Shown one piece after another: positions 22,052 to 36,500 of a DNA stretch of 64,000 nt. Each line of letters opens with the position of its first letter. Positions within the stretch are counted from its first letter, which is position 1. Origin of the DNA: Blasia pusilla (Eukaryota); NCBI GenBank assembly GCA_050084515.1, contig CM114271.1:20522001-20586000 (forward strand). The letters run 5' to 3'. The notes below the pieces were generated by a model. The model was not told where the DNA came from. It made no database searches and was given only the letters and a program-made list of their open reading frames with translations. The translations under genes and the position numbers were made by a program.

Positions 22052-25000
22052 ATGGAGAGTGAGCTGAGCAAGATCGATGAAGCTCAAGAGGCGGAGGCTT
22101 TGCGCCGCGTCGTCAGCGCCTACCTGAAGTATGTTTCTGAGACAACGCTCTGAATTTTGAGTTTTACTTTTACGAAAATTCTTGCTTGCAACTGTTGGTG
22201 CATCACGATTCGATTGTTGCTTCGATGAATTATCTTGATTTTCTTGACTCCTTAGATCTTCTCATTGGATCGGGAGGATCGTTTCCTCCTGAGGATGGAG
22301 TGTGATATTGCCAGGGTAAAATGAGCCTCCGAGCGAATTTTACATAGGTGGAGTTGGAGATGCTGCATCCTGCTGCGTTGATGTGATCGATGTGTATTAC
22401 CATGAGCATGATTGTGAATCTTGAAGATTTCTGGAATTTGGAGGTTTTGGCTGAAGTTTTCGGACGAGTTTGTAGTTGAAATAGAATTCCATACGACTAG
22501 ACGTCCAAGCAATCAATGATGCGGCGTCCGTGGTGCTCCCCCTCTGCACCCGTGGTAAATCCCTGCCCTTGTCGAATCCTTGGAGCTGATCGTGCAGTTT
22601 TTATTATTTCAGCTATTCGGACGCCGCGGAGGAGGACATTCTTCGGTGGGAGAGATCATATTCAAAACTAAGTCCTAGTCACAAGGTAGGTTCACTTCTA
22701 GGTAACATTTCGATGTAAGGGTGACAGAAAATGCACGTTTATCTACTGGCTCCTTTATGATCACTTGTTGTAGATTTTGTTTTCCACGAAAGAATTCTAG
22801 CCCGTAAATTCTTCATCTTTACAAGTTCATTCACTTGACAGGTTTTACCCAGGTTTTTCACGAAATATAGTCCTAATCTAAGCCTAGTGAGAAAGAAGCA
22901 ATCTAGTTGTCTAGGATCAAAGCTACAAAGGGCTCCACATTCTGTCTTCTCTGCGTCCTTGCTTGATCCTTGCGCGGTGAAAACTGAACACAATTCAAAG
23001 TTAACTAAAGTAAGCGGGGACAAAATTTTCAGCTGAAGAAACAAGACTTTCTTTCTCAAGGAGTTCCAGCGGAATGACGTGAAAGGAAACTTTGTTGCCT
23101 ACGGGAGATATCATTAGATGGAAGATATGCCGAGTCTTTATGAGTTTTTTGCAATTAAATTGGCCTCATGTTTGCTCTCCTGTTCATTGTGTGAAGGTTC
23201 TTTTGAAGCATCTCCCTACGAAATATGCAGAGCTCAGAAGGTATCATTTACTTCCAGTAATCTTCAGTGTATGGTTGTTGTTATCCCCTCAAACTTGTCA
23301 ATTTAATCTTCGATTCTTTTATCCTAAAATTTTTTAACATCTGCAGATTCTCACAATCCAGATACAGGTAGATTTTAGTTTGTAGTAGAACTATTGGAGA
23401 AATGAAGTGCAGTATGACTGGGTTGTGAAAGGCAAGAAATACACTCTTTCACAAATTTAGAAAATTACATCATCCTTTTATCTGACAAAAGATTAGGGGA
23501 GGATCTACCATGTTGAACATTTGGTTTATCTCGGCATTGTGATCTTACAATAGATTGCTATGTGGTCATGTCACTGTGTAGGTGTGTAGCAGCGAATACA
23601 TACTTCATATGCAATGTGCTTCAGGTAGTCTTTATGTCCTTTGTTCAATTCCCTCTTGTAATGGCGACAAATGGGCCCTAATTAGTTGCTTCACTGAGTA
23701 GATTAAAATCAAGGTTTATATGTTGAAGCTCCAACTGAGAATGTGGAAGTGGTTTAATTTTCAATAATCTTTTTCATAGTAACACAATTGTGCTCATATG
23801 TGGCAGGCATTTGTTCCTCCTTTTAATATGGGACAATTCGGTGCACAAAATGGTTCAGGGAGTGAAAGATACTCTTCTTCGAGCCAAGGTCTTCTAGACG
23901 AAAACTCAAGAGCGTTACTAAATGCTGATGGAAAAGGAAGAGGAGATGAGCTTGGGGGTGGTTGTGTTAGTACTAGATCTTCGGACGCTTCAGATTTACA
24001 CTTGACAGATGAAAAACCCAGAAAACCTCTCTCAGCTCATCGGACGGAGGAATGGACAGACTCCAAAACTAGCAATAAAAGACAAGCTACAGAGAGTTCT
24101 TATGATCAAAGGGCCTCAGCTTGTCAAACACCTCCATTATTTAAGGATCAGTCCTGGCGAACTAATATCGGTGATTGTGTTAAAGAGAATTTGTCAGATT
24201 ATAGGAAGTCCACTCCCTGGTCAACTGGAACTGCTTTTAGTGGAAAAGATGAAAAACAGGGTTGTGCTCATTCCACACAGAAGGATTCCCTAAGCCCTGA
24301 AATTACTGAGCATGATCCTGACTTGAGAGTAGGCAAGCTAGCTGCAGAGACTCAAGATATTGTATTCGGTAAGCGTTCCTTCAACTCTGGAGCTCTTACG
24401 GAGGGAAAGGCTTCCACTGTGTCACCAAATAGTTTCTCGTACGAGGGAGATAATGAAGACATGGAGGTAATGATCTTAATCAGACATATTCATTGGAAAA
24501 CTGGTTGCTGTCTTTCTAACTTCTGTATAGTGTGAAGATTTGGATGTTTTTGTGACCTGCAGGTGCACCTTTTATGTGTCTGCAATGATAACCTGCTGAC
24601 TTAAGGGGATTTTATTTTCCAGATAGGTTATCAGAGTGTCGATTGGTTTCATCCATCATTTCCTGTTCCTGTTCCTCCTGCAGATATTGATAAGGTATGA
24701 CATTCCTCTTACATGTTCAAGTACCATAGACGTTTAGATTTGTGTGGACCTTTTTTATATTGTAGAGTCAGATCATGTTCCATTCTTTGTTCAGAAATAG
24801 AGTTTTGACAAGCTATAGTTGGCCACATAGCGAATCAATCCGTGAGAACACAAACCAAGGCGAATTTAACTCTTCAGCTCTGTGTTTTCCTCGTGACCAT
24901 AACTATCATACTCAGAAATGAAGCCCAGATAGATTCAGATGTCTTCATTTCTCCTTGTTTCATGTGGACAGAAATGGCTGTTGATAGGTTATAGATGTAT

Positions 25001-28000
25001 GCAGATGGTTGATTACATCATATTAATTTAATGGTAACAGCTTAAAGTGTTACCGCGATGTAGTAGTCCTAATGGAGCTTCTGACACAGCGTCATTTAGC
25101 AATCAGAAAATAGGGATGTCAGATCTTCTGACTGAACCTTGAATTTACAGTCTTCAAACCAAAACGTTTGTGCAAGTAAGTCTTGTCCATCATAATACAT
25201 TCCCACAATGTCTTCCTTGTCTCGAGAAATCTTGGTCTGGGATTCCCAGATCGTGGAATTGTCTGTTCGTTGGTATAGAGTAAAAATGTGCTTCTTGAGG
25301 AAAAGTACTTTGATGAAATTATGCTGTATTATGAGATCACATAATCTTGGGCATTCAAGATTTGAAGACAAGCTCCATTTGTATGATTGATCTGAGATGA
25401 CTTTCCTAAAGAGTATATACTGAGGTTGATGTGGATTGATTTCACAATATCAGGTGCGATGCATTATCCGCAACATAGTACGTGACTGGACAGAAGAGGT
25501 AAAAAGATTCCTTTTTTTTGGTTGGGAAAATCAGCTCACTACATTTACTAGATTTAGAGGATCTTGATGAAAATGTTTTGTTGACAAGTTCCCCTAGTTT
25601 TTTTTGTCTACCTTTTAATCAACATGTTAAAACTTTTATGATGTCAGGATTAAGTTTAGGAAATGTCTTTAAATAGTAGTGGGCTTAATTGAGATCAGTG
25701 TGGTTAGAGGCAAAAATGGAGAAAATTAGAAGAAACTGCAGGTGTACTCTTCTGCTTGGATGTTGCTTAGGAGATCAGATGAATCAGTATAGTAGCTGCT
25801 TTTCTTGGAAATTGGAAATTTTTATGCTGGGGTCTTATCAGCGCTGTGCAATGAGAGCATGTGACAGGGTGCATTTGAGCGGGCTCAATGTTATACTCCC
25901 ATTTTGAAAGAACTTGAAGAGAGGTTTCCAAATCGAAGATCAGGAAGGTAGGTGCAGAGGAAGGGAGAAAGATTCTACTCTGTAGTGAACTGTTGTGGAC
26001 GTGTTAGTTTGACCTACCCGCCAACTGGGCACCTACTGGGGGGGGGGAACTAAATTCCTGGTTGGCAGTAGTCATCAAGCAATGCACCTCTTGGCATTGC
26101 TTGTTGATGTGGTGAGAATCTAAAGAAATAAGGTATTGCCCATGTATGCACTTTATTGCATGCATGACTTATCAGGGTTGTTATCTCCACACATCTCTTC
26201 GATTTGATTGTTGTCTCGAAATTTGTTTCCTTTTTAAGAGCTTCATTAGTAAGCATTAGTACGATAAGTGTCTTTTTTGATAAGTCTATCATTCCTAATT
26301 TCTTCTTTAGACATGTCAAATCCATGGAGATGTATTGTGCTCTACAAATGGACCCTCTGCACTTCCCAAACTGGACAGGCTGAGGGTCATTTTGATAACA
26401 GGAGTAATTCTCATCGTGACATTGAATTTTATTAGCAATTTAAGCCCCAGAGTCCAGTATGTTAGAGTTATCTGCAGGAAAATCAAGAATGCAGGGTTCT
26501 TGCAATCATACAATTTTTTGAGTCTCCAACCTCCATTCTTGCATATGTATCTTCAAGTTTTGCACAAATTTCCTCAATTTTGCATTTAGGCGAATGATGA
26601 TACTAACCTCTTCACATTCATGTGGATCTTTCGTCTTTGTGGTCAATTCATAGCAGCGCACCTTCTTGTTTAGTACCTGGGGCAGGTCTCGCTCGGCTGG
26701 CTTGTGAGATATCTCGGCTAGGTATGAGTCCTTAGTCAAAGCTGACATGGTATTCAGAATTTTGGTAAAGAACTGTCAATTGTGCTTTGCTCCTGCTCGG
26801 AATTAAAATTTTATTAGTCGTAAAAGCTGAAAACAAGAACTTCAACCTCTGTGCTGTGACCTCTAATTGTTTCCAGGTGCCATATCTGTGGCTCATGTGT
26901 GCAGGATTTGTAAGTCAAGGAAACGAGTTCTCTTACTATATGATGATTTGCTCGAGCTTTATTCTCAATCAGTAAGAAAGTCCTTCTTGAGGAAAGTCCA
27001 TCCATTGAGTCAACCCACCAATTTTCAAAATTCTAAGAATTGAACTGTCAATTATGAGGAAAATGAGACCATGGGTGGAGCTAAACCTCTAATAATACTT
27101 AGCATATGAACAGGACTCATGAACCTTTGGAATGGGAACTTCATCCATGGATTCACACAAATTGTAACACTCTGCTCGATGAGGACCAACTACGTGTTGT
27201 TCGTTTTCCAGATCTTCATCCTGGAAGGTATGTGCTGAAGTCATTTTGTTTAATATGGACTTGCAAGATTCTACTGAGCCAGAATATCTTGTAAAAACAA
27301 AAAGAAGACATTGTGTCTATCCCTGTCTTCTTGTTCTCTGGACTTTTACATGAGACCACAGCCATCAGTCACCACATTCTTCAATGTCAGACCAGCCACA
27401 GTAGTTGTAGTCTGAAGGTAATTGTTTGTAGCAGTGCAGGAATAACAGAAGGCTTCTCCATGTGCGCGGGTGATTTTGTTGAAGTTTACAGCCATCCAAG
27501 TCAAACAGGTGGGTTTGTTGTCATTATTTGCAGTATTGTGCCATTTAGTGTGTCATCTAGCCGGGAACAATTTTACTACATTCTGTCCAACTTGAAAAGC
27601 ATCTAAATTTCTTCTGCTGCTTGAAATTTCATGGGTCGACAGAGGCTTGGGATGCCGTGGTTACATGCTTCTTTATCGATACTGCTCATAACATCATGGA
27701 GTATCTGGAGATTATAGCAAGAATACTCAAGCCTGGAGGGGTATGATTGCAACACCAGTTGAAAGTTGTATGCCTATGAGTAGGATCACATTTTCCTTGT
27801 ACCCGTGTGGAAAGAATGTAATGCATGTGTATTGTTAAGACTGCTGACATATCCCAACTTCCAACTCAATGTGCTATGTGCTATGTCCTGTTGATAGCTG
27901 CAAGTAGAGAAGCTTCTTGCTGATACATAACTTTATGCTGGAACATGATAAACAGGTGTGGATAAATTTAGGACCACTGCTTTACCATTTTGCTGATACC

Positions 28001-29469
28001 CATGTTTGTTCACCTGAGGAGGTAAGGCAAGCTGTCCTAATGGCAGCACTAAAGTTAACTGGATGTTTGGCTTAAATTTTCTTTCTAAATGTTAATTATG
28101 CAAAAAGACGTAGGTCCTGTATTGCTGACCGCTGTATTTGACCTTGTAGCTGAATCTCATGGATGGTGTTGCAGGAGATGTCACTGGAGCTAAGCTTGGA
28201 GGATGTAAAAAGAATAGCTGAACATTATGGCTTAACTATCAAGGTGCTTGTGGAGATTCTTTCTATGGTCTATTTTGGCCCTACTATTTTTTGCTTTCTT
28301 GTCCTATTTTATCCCGGGTTTTTTGTCTCGATTAGCACGAAAACCATATCTATTCTTAATGGCTTTGCTTTCACAGTGAAACTCCAGTTAGATCTGAGAA
28401 AAATCTCATGTTTGGGTTATTTTCTTGAATTCCAGAGGTCTCAAGGACAATTTTTGTGTACTGTTGAGTTTTCAAGGAGTTGTTGGAGCATGATATGTTA
28501 GGCTTTAGTGCCCTGATCCCATCAACTTGTTAGTTATAACCATGTTAAGTATGAAAAATGGGAAAATAAGTTGCTTGTGAAGCACTATCCATAATTTGTG
28601 AACCTCAAAACCTTGAAGAGGTTTGATTATAGAACTACCGTGAAAGGGAACATTTGACAAAGTCTTGAATAGAGGGAATGTAAGAAGATGGTGGATGCAG
28701 CTTTGTTGATTTATCAGGGAAGTGATGTGAGGATTGCAGAACTCATAGCTAGTTCAATCTCACTCGGTTTCCAGATCCCTTAAAAGGGGGCCTACTGATT
28801 TTTGAGATGTGAGCATGAGTTTAAGATCATAGCTGACGCCTATTTCACCATTCCCTGGCAGAGCGAGAAAATTATTGAGACCACGTACAGTTCCAACATC
28901 AGATCAATGATGCAGGTAAGCTTTCAAATGGCAGGTTGTTGACAGCAGACTGATCCTTAATACATGCAATAAATGAGTTTATTTATCTATTCATTTTCAC
29001 GCTCCTTATTCTTCTACTGCCTTTGAGGTTGCTTTGGTATGGGATTACTTTTCAAGCATTGGGAATGGGTCGATTCTAATTATCAGCATGGGCGTCATCT
29101 CTTGAATCTAGACAAAGTAATCAGTCCAGGGTGATCAGAGAGCGAAGCTTTGAGGATAGTCGCAGCTTTATGAATTGCATGATACCTTCATTGTGTTTAA
29201 ACCTGGAAATTTTGAAGATCTAGCCGAAAACGTCGTTAAATCTCAATTTAGTTGGTAGCCAGTTAAGTGTAAATCACAAGTGTTTGTTGGGGATATCAAG
29301 GCTCTTAAAACTTTTGCTGATGATTATGGTTGGCGATTGTGCTTGTCTGCAGAATCGGTACTTTGCTGCGTTCTGGACCATGGTGAAAGTAGAGAACAAA
29401 CCTAGATCTAGCGATGGTTTATCTATAAACGTACGAACCAATCATGGCCATGTCACAATTACTGAATGA
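22052..29469 (+). CDS. CARNMT1: Carnosine N-methyltransferase-like (N2227 family) SAM-dependent methyltransferase, 17 coding exons
   Basis: Exons 22052-22128, 22613-22685, 23197-23240, 23582-23624, 23807-24466, 24623-24694, 25454-25498, 25868-25947, 26654-26721, 26905-26971, 27114-27227, 27435-27508, 27643-27740, 27956-28021, 28175-28243, 28862-28915, 29353-29469; all GT-AG and phase-consistent. Motifs: [90 protein letters not shown]. Confidence 0.93.
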
Positions 29470-31168
29470 AAAAACTATTCCACAGGAGAGTTGGACTCAA
29501 CGTTGTGGCAAAGTATCATCGCTCTATATTCACTGGTATCCTTACATCTACATGATATGCAGCCCGTCCGGTTTGGACGGGCCAAGGAGTGGTCAGTAGT
29601 AATAATACTATTATTTGCTGCTGTGCTTGAATTTCTGGTCAATCATATTCATGTCCACACGCCAAGTGACAGACAGAAAACCTGAAGACCCGTGATTTGG
29701 GGTTTTCACTTGCTCGAGCGTTCCAGTTTGTAAGCCATCAATCGTGGTGCAGGAATCTGAGATCTGTGATTTCAAAGTGGAAGTTATATAAACTTTTGAT
29801 ATTTCTTATTACGTATGCGGGTCGCCCACAACAAAGCTAACAAGGACATGCGATCCATATGCATGATGTGGAGGTGAATTAACAGATTGCCTTCACGCAA
29901 AGTCTAGCACAGCTTATTCCAGATGAGTTTCGTCCTTAACCACCTCACCTCCAGAGTTTCTTGTACTGTGCAAGATTCTGGATGCAATCCGTGTGAACCG
30001 AGTTCCCCGAGTGCCACACGGCAATCGTTGTTCTACCACGTACGCTTCAGGACAACTGGTAAGACAATCCGATGGGGATGTGAAGAGGCTTACATCGAAT
30101 CATGCACGGACATCCACGGAAGGGTTGAGACTGACCATTCGTCTTCATCCACGGAAAAGTTCATAGGTCAATACATAATCTTATAAACCTTTCTTTTTCC
30201 GTGAATTTTCGTCATATACAGTGAACTGCCTGTGGCCCCTATTGCACGGATTCGGTTCCGTCCTCCTTTTAAACTCAAAACAAGAATCCAGTTTCGCAGA
30301 TGAATCTGAAAAGTGTGGGTCATGGGCCAGAAATGAAGCGTGGAACGAGATACCCATGCACCTCACCACGAGGATGTGGGTTTGATTATTGTCTAGGAGA
30401 TAATATCTAGAAGGTTAGAATCACAACGACACCCACATCTCCAACCCGGGTGTGCACCCGAAGCCAGTCTTCATCCATGCAATTTGCGATGGCAGCCTTT
30501 CGGGTCCGTAACGCGGGATTGATTGTGTGGATATTCTATTGAATGAATCATGATTCTGGAAAAAGAAGGCACTCGGAAAGGAGATGGAGAGAGAAAACCG
30601 TACTTGGAAAGTGACCTGAGCGGTGCCTAAACGGAGAGATGTAACTAGAAAAGAGAAAGGACCACCTGATCCCGAGAATTTGAGCGTTCCCGTCCTTTTC
30701 GTTCTGAAGGTTGTCATGTACATGACTACCTTCAGAGCTCACAAAGTTGACCTTACGATCTCGAGAGTGAAGAACCCTCTCGAATCAGTCAAGTCACGTC
30801 TTTAATGTTCGGACTTTTCTAACGAGATCACTTCCTTGCAAATTTTCTTATTTGTGCATAGTTGACACGGCTCGGTGAATTTGGGATTTCCGTTGGCGCG
30901 CCGTTCTTTTCCCTCCCTCCATTCCACGGAAAATATTTCTATAAGGGATCCTTTTCCTTTCAGTTTTCTTCCCAAGTTCCCGTCCAAACTAAATTCTCCT
31001 TTTTTTTGACGTCACAGGATTCATGGGGACATCATTTTGGAGGTTTACCTCCCCCCCCCCCCGAAGTAAGGGAGGGATGGGTTTTTGGTAATATGGCGTA
31101 TGACCTCACGCCGATTACCTTGCCACGACGAGATGATTGTCTTTGGACTTACCCCAATTGAATGTACT

Positions 31169-31307
31169 ATGAGTGGCGTCATGGATTGGACTCTTTAGAT
31201 GCAACCCCCCCCCTCGCCTTTGTTAGGATGGGTATAGGAATGAGTGGCGTCATGGATTGGACTCTTTAGATGCAACCCCCCCTCGCCTTTGTTAGGATGG
31301 GTATAGG
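31169..31307. repeat. ~70-bp tandem duplication
   Basis: atgagtggcgtcatggattggactctttagatgcaac(c)n tcgcctttgttaggatgggtatagg at 31169 and 31240. Confidence 0.9.
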
Positions 31308-32770
31308 GAGTAAGTGGGGTCGGTCGGGTGCATAGAGACTTTCCATTCGGTATAGATTTTTGGTGTATTTCTCATGAGAGCAAAGAGAAAGATGTAAATC
31401 CACATGTAATTCCCTCATAAGGTTGACCATTAAATTATGAGGAAGACGCACATGATTGTCTCTTATGTCGTGGGTACACATTGGACCAGGCACACGGTAT
31501 GGGCATTGGTGGTCCGCAAGAGGTAGATTGTTGCGCAAGAGTGGTTACCACCACAATATCAAGGAAGAATATTACTGTCAACTTTACGAGGCCATGAATT
31601 TGCCACTCATGACTCCACTTGAGATGGTATTATTTGTGAGAGTGACTTCCATTTGGAAAAACTCCACTCCACCTTTGATTCTCCGTATGTGAGGAACATT
31701 AACCTGCTACTTGTTAATTTTCTTCATATAGATCCGACCCTCCCTAATTCAAGAAAGCTGGAAATGAATTAGAGGAGAAGAACTTAAACAAAATTTAGTG
31801 TGAGAAGCCAGATTCGAGCAGGAGGGAATAAAAAATCAATCATATATCTTTTTATTTATCTGAAATTCATAATTCAGCCACATGTTAGAAATTTCACATG
31901 GTTGAGCGTAGTAATTTAGATCCCAATGCCATGGAAGAAATTCATCTTCACATTTCACGTAAGGGGGGTATAAATTTGCCCCCCTTACGATACACCGACG
32001 ACTTGACAAGTTGTCCATGTCTCTCGGACTCAAAAGAACTCTTCCATTTCTCTATCGCACATTCTCTAGATTACATCCCGATGAACAACATCTACAAACT
32101 CCATATGTCAAAGCGTGGAGTATCGGGTTACGCTCGTTAGGAATTTATGAACAAACGTTTGTAAGATTTATATGATATATTGAGACAAATTTAAATATAT
32201 TGCAATCCAATGCTCTTGGGGGGAATAAAGTTAATATGATTCTAGGAATTCTTGAAGCTGATGGCAAATGAGCGTTTGCGGCGGGCTCAGGCGGTCGGAG
32301 ACGCCAATGCTAGAGGTCTGCTTAGTGGTAGCCATAGTTCTCTAGGTATTGCTAATGTTGTCTCTGTTGTGGGTGAGTTTGGTCGATAGGGGGCAAGGCC
32401 CCCTTCTTTCTTTTCAGGGCCGGTTTTGGCCCTCGGGATTTTTGGCTCTCTATGCCCCCCTCTTTTATATCTTTGATGGGTTTTCCATCATGTGTTTTAT
32501 CTCTTCTTCTAAGGAAAGGCATGCCCGTAGTTCTCCGTTCAGTACTGTGGAGACTTCCTTGGAACTGAACGGCAAATACATGGCTTCGTGAAGTGAAAAA
32601 AAAAAAACCCTTACTAATTCTAATTTAGCATTTAAATTAATTTATGATACATTAGATATTCCTCGTTCGAATTCAAGTAGCCGTACTCTTGTAGAGGCTT
32701 GCCACCGGTAAGCAGAGATGATGGTAAATCATAATCTATATTTACGGCCTTCACAATCTATATTTACATA

Positions 32771-33540
32771 CACTAGTTAATGCCCGTGACAACCATGTGA
32801 TGTACGGTTGCTTTTCTCCCCAACCCGAAATATATGCGCCTTTCTTTTCCCAACCCCCTCCGTATACGCGCGGAATATATACACCTCTCATATACGTACT
32901 CTTCTTAACACCATCATATTCTGTATATGTCGTCCTCGTGACAAAACACTCCTTCGATTATAATATATATTAGGTGCCCGTGGGATGCACGAAAAATAAA
33001 AAAGCGTTTGAAGAACTAATATATTTTCATGAAGACAAGAAATTAATGATGTTCAACATTAATTTAAATTTTTTTCTTGCTGCACATAACATGTGAAATA
33101 TTTTCTTGTCAACTTGTTGTTATGTGTCAAACAAAAAAATATTTACAAATCAAAAAAACATTCTCCCATAATAGTATATATTAGATTTGTTAGATTGTTG
33201 TTATGTGTCAAACATAAAAGTGTCAACAAATAAAAAAACACTCTCCCATAAAAATATGAATTAATTTTTTTAAATTATTACATATTGATCGTACATATTT
33301 AAACTTTTTTTCTCACTGTATAACCTATCCTTCAAACGAAAATAGTAATGAATTCTCGTCACAAATTCCCCCCTCCCGAAGCCGCACCCGGTTTTCGGCG
33401 GGTGTTCATCTCGCTCGCACTGACACGTGGGGGAATTGAGTTTTCCCGGGGTGTTTTCTCCCGCTCGCACTGACACGTGGTTGCTAAAATATACATTTAG
33501 ACATTGTAACCCATTGTAGTGGCAAATGGGTTACAATCCA
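32771..33540. mobile_element. Cluster of Helitron-like 3' terminal signatures (non-autonomous relics)
   Basis: Minus strand ...tcacgggcattaaCTAG at ~32773-32790 and cgtgcatcccacgggcac at ~32973-32991; perfect 13-bp stem attgtaacccatt...aatgggttacaat at 33503-33537. Confidence 0.4.
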
Positions 33541-36500
33541 TATTTACGGGCAGCTTTCTAGCGATAGTGGAAACAGTCGCGCACGATACCGCAGGAAGCC
33601 GCTTTCTACGCCGTAATCTCACGGCCCTACACGTGTGACCTAATTCCCACCATCTCTTACATCCACGTCTGATGTGGCAGAGAAAAACCAACATCCGAAG
33701 AACCTACCAAAGGAACTGAGAGTTCCCCGATAATGCGTTTCAGGGAAGTGCGCCGATTCTCTCAGGAGTGGTGGAGAAACCCGCTTCCGCCCCTCGAAAA
33801 GGCTCGGACATTCTTGGACCGCTAGATCGCCAACAACCCTCCCGGACAGTTCTTTGGATGTTAGTATACACCTTTGATGGTTTTTCGTCTTGTAGTGCCC
33901 CGCCACTTCATTTCTTTCTTTAGGGGTGTCCCTTTCTTCCCCGCCTTTCTTTTGAGTTTGTTTTCTCCATGCGTGAGATTTTTCCATCTTTTACTTTCCC
34001 TTCCTGCCCTTGCCATTTGGTTTCACGTCCCGGACCTTCCGTGATTCGGTAATGTAGTCTGTCGTCATCATAATTTAGAGCTAATGAGATTTTACTTATG
34101 TCCTAGACTATCCACGTGTATCATGCGTGTATATATTAATTACAGTTTCCTTATCCGTTTCAGAGATTTTTTTAATACTTGTTTAAGCTTGTTTTGATAT
34201 TCTTAAAACCAAGTCAATATGCCAAAATACGACAAAACTGTCAAAGAGTGACATTGGTTGATTTGTGACAGGTGGGATATAAGAAGAATTGAAATATTAA
34301 ACGTCAATTTTGTATTCTAGCACTTCTCTTATGCGTATTGGCCACTGTATGTATAAAAGAGGGTGGACAACATCAACTTTCCTCTATGGACGAAACTAAA
34401 ATTCATTCATTTTAGGAAACTTTTGGAATCTACTAAGACTTGGCAAAGGTGGACGATGGGGGGCAGTTAAAAGGGAGGAATGGGATGAGGCTTTCTTCCT
34501 TAATTTAATTTAATGAGAAATTAGTGCGGTGGTTGGAAAGAATGAACTTTTGGAAAATGGAATAACAATCCAACCATAAATTTGTCCCCTTTGTATGACC
34601 TGAATCCATTTTAGTACCTCCCTTTGAAAGTTTCACCTCGAGGCTCTACTCCTCCGTAAATTAATAGTCATGTATGTTAAGTTTCTCTATTTTTTTTTCT
34701 TATTTGTTAATCACTTCTGCGTAACTTACCAACTTTTCGTTACATTAAAGTTGAATTATCCACAATGTTGTTTCGGAAGAAAGAGGATTATAAGGTATAA
34801 GAAAAAGGAGGAAAAGTTCATTCGACATGATGAATCGTGACAAGAATCCATGAACAAAGATTCATATGCAATTGTACGAAGAAAAAGAGAATACGCTCTT
34901 CATCTATTAGAAAAAAGAAAGAAAAAAGTAAGATGATGTTAGAAATTCTACCCCTTAAAAGTTTCGTAACTCTCTTATCATGTGGCAAGGAACCAATTAC
35001 AACACGTTGTTCATAAGAAGTCAAAGAAAGATCTTTCCACAAGGGCACTAAGTCGACAATTATCCAAAGGTTTGCTCATGCACCTATAAATATTTCATTA
35101 TAGAGAATAATTTCAGGTTGTGGATAAAAGAGTAGAGTAAGTTTAACCAATAATAAGAGTTGAATATTTTAGTTTCCATCATGAAGTATCTCCAAACCCC
35201 TTTCCTTTTAGATCCAGCACACACTCAACCATGTCACCCACTCTCTTGGAGGATTTCTTTTTTTAAACTTCTTCGCTAGCTAGGTATTATGCTCTTTGAT
35301 TTTTAATACGAGAAAGTCCTAAACGAAAATAGTTGAGCCACTCATACCTCATTGGATGCTTAACATAGTGTGGGATTGAACGAGCCGGACGCTCAACATT
35401 CTTTTCCATCCACCTTGATGATAGAAACTATGGTATGGTTAAGGAGAAGTTGGAGCATCTCGAGTGCTTTGGGCAATCCCACAAACTCTTTCCTGGTTTG
35501 ATCATGCAACGTAAGGATATCTCCTCGAATGTCCTTTGGGGTAAAAGCGTCGACTTTATTTCAAATCTGAAGGAAAGATATGGGAAGAAAACCATTCTGG
35601 GCTACGAAGTAAGAGCAAAGTATGAAAAGACCCTAAGTAATCTCGTAGAACTCTTACTTTCGCATGTCGAATGGAAAATAAAAGGAAGATCGACTTTACG
35701 CATCTAAGAACCTTCGATCAAATATTTCTAAGCTCTTTTTTATATAAGCATCCGAAATGCATTTTTCTGCGTATCTTATGCAATGTCAAAATGAAGTATT
35801 TGAATTAAAGCTGAGCGTCCATTTCTTTCAAAAAGTGGTCCGTATTTTCTTGTTGTCTAGTTCTTTGTTTGTTTCTTTCCTTACCATCTAGGCAAGGGAG
35901 AAAGTTCTCATCACCCAAAGTAAGGGACCACCCAAGTTTAGAAGATTTTGTCCTCATTTGGGATACGCCATACATTTACGTGGAAGGTAAGACCAAAACG
36001 ACCCGGACGAATTATTGGAGTTTGATATGATCTACACGTGAAGAAAACAGTTGCCCAACATAGCATGCCAAAGTTGGAAAGATGATTGGAAAGCTTTGGG
36101 TTGGTGCACAGAAGGGAAAAAAAAACAAAAAAACCATGGAGCCCACCAAACCGTTCCATCCTTCTGTAGGGCTCTTTGGGATATAAAAGAGTCTTTCTTT
36201 AGCTCGCAAGTGGATCCCCACAATAAAGCTGAACCACAAATTCTTCGACAAAAAGGCCAAAAGTGTAGGCAAAAGAAACCCCACAAAGAATTGAGTTACA
36301 ACTTCCGATCGGAAACGGAGGTCCTCTTAACCCAACCTCTTGAATTAAAAAAATGGTTTTTGAAATTTGCAATTTATAAAGCGAAACAACACAAATATGC
36401 CCTCGTCATAGATTTAGATTTTGGTGTTGTGTACACGCATCAAACGCTAATAAATCTTCTGACAAGGAAAAAATAAACGCTCGAGATCTACTTTATGCTG

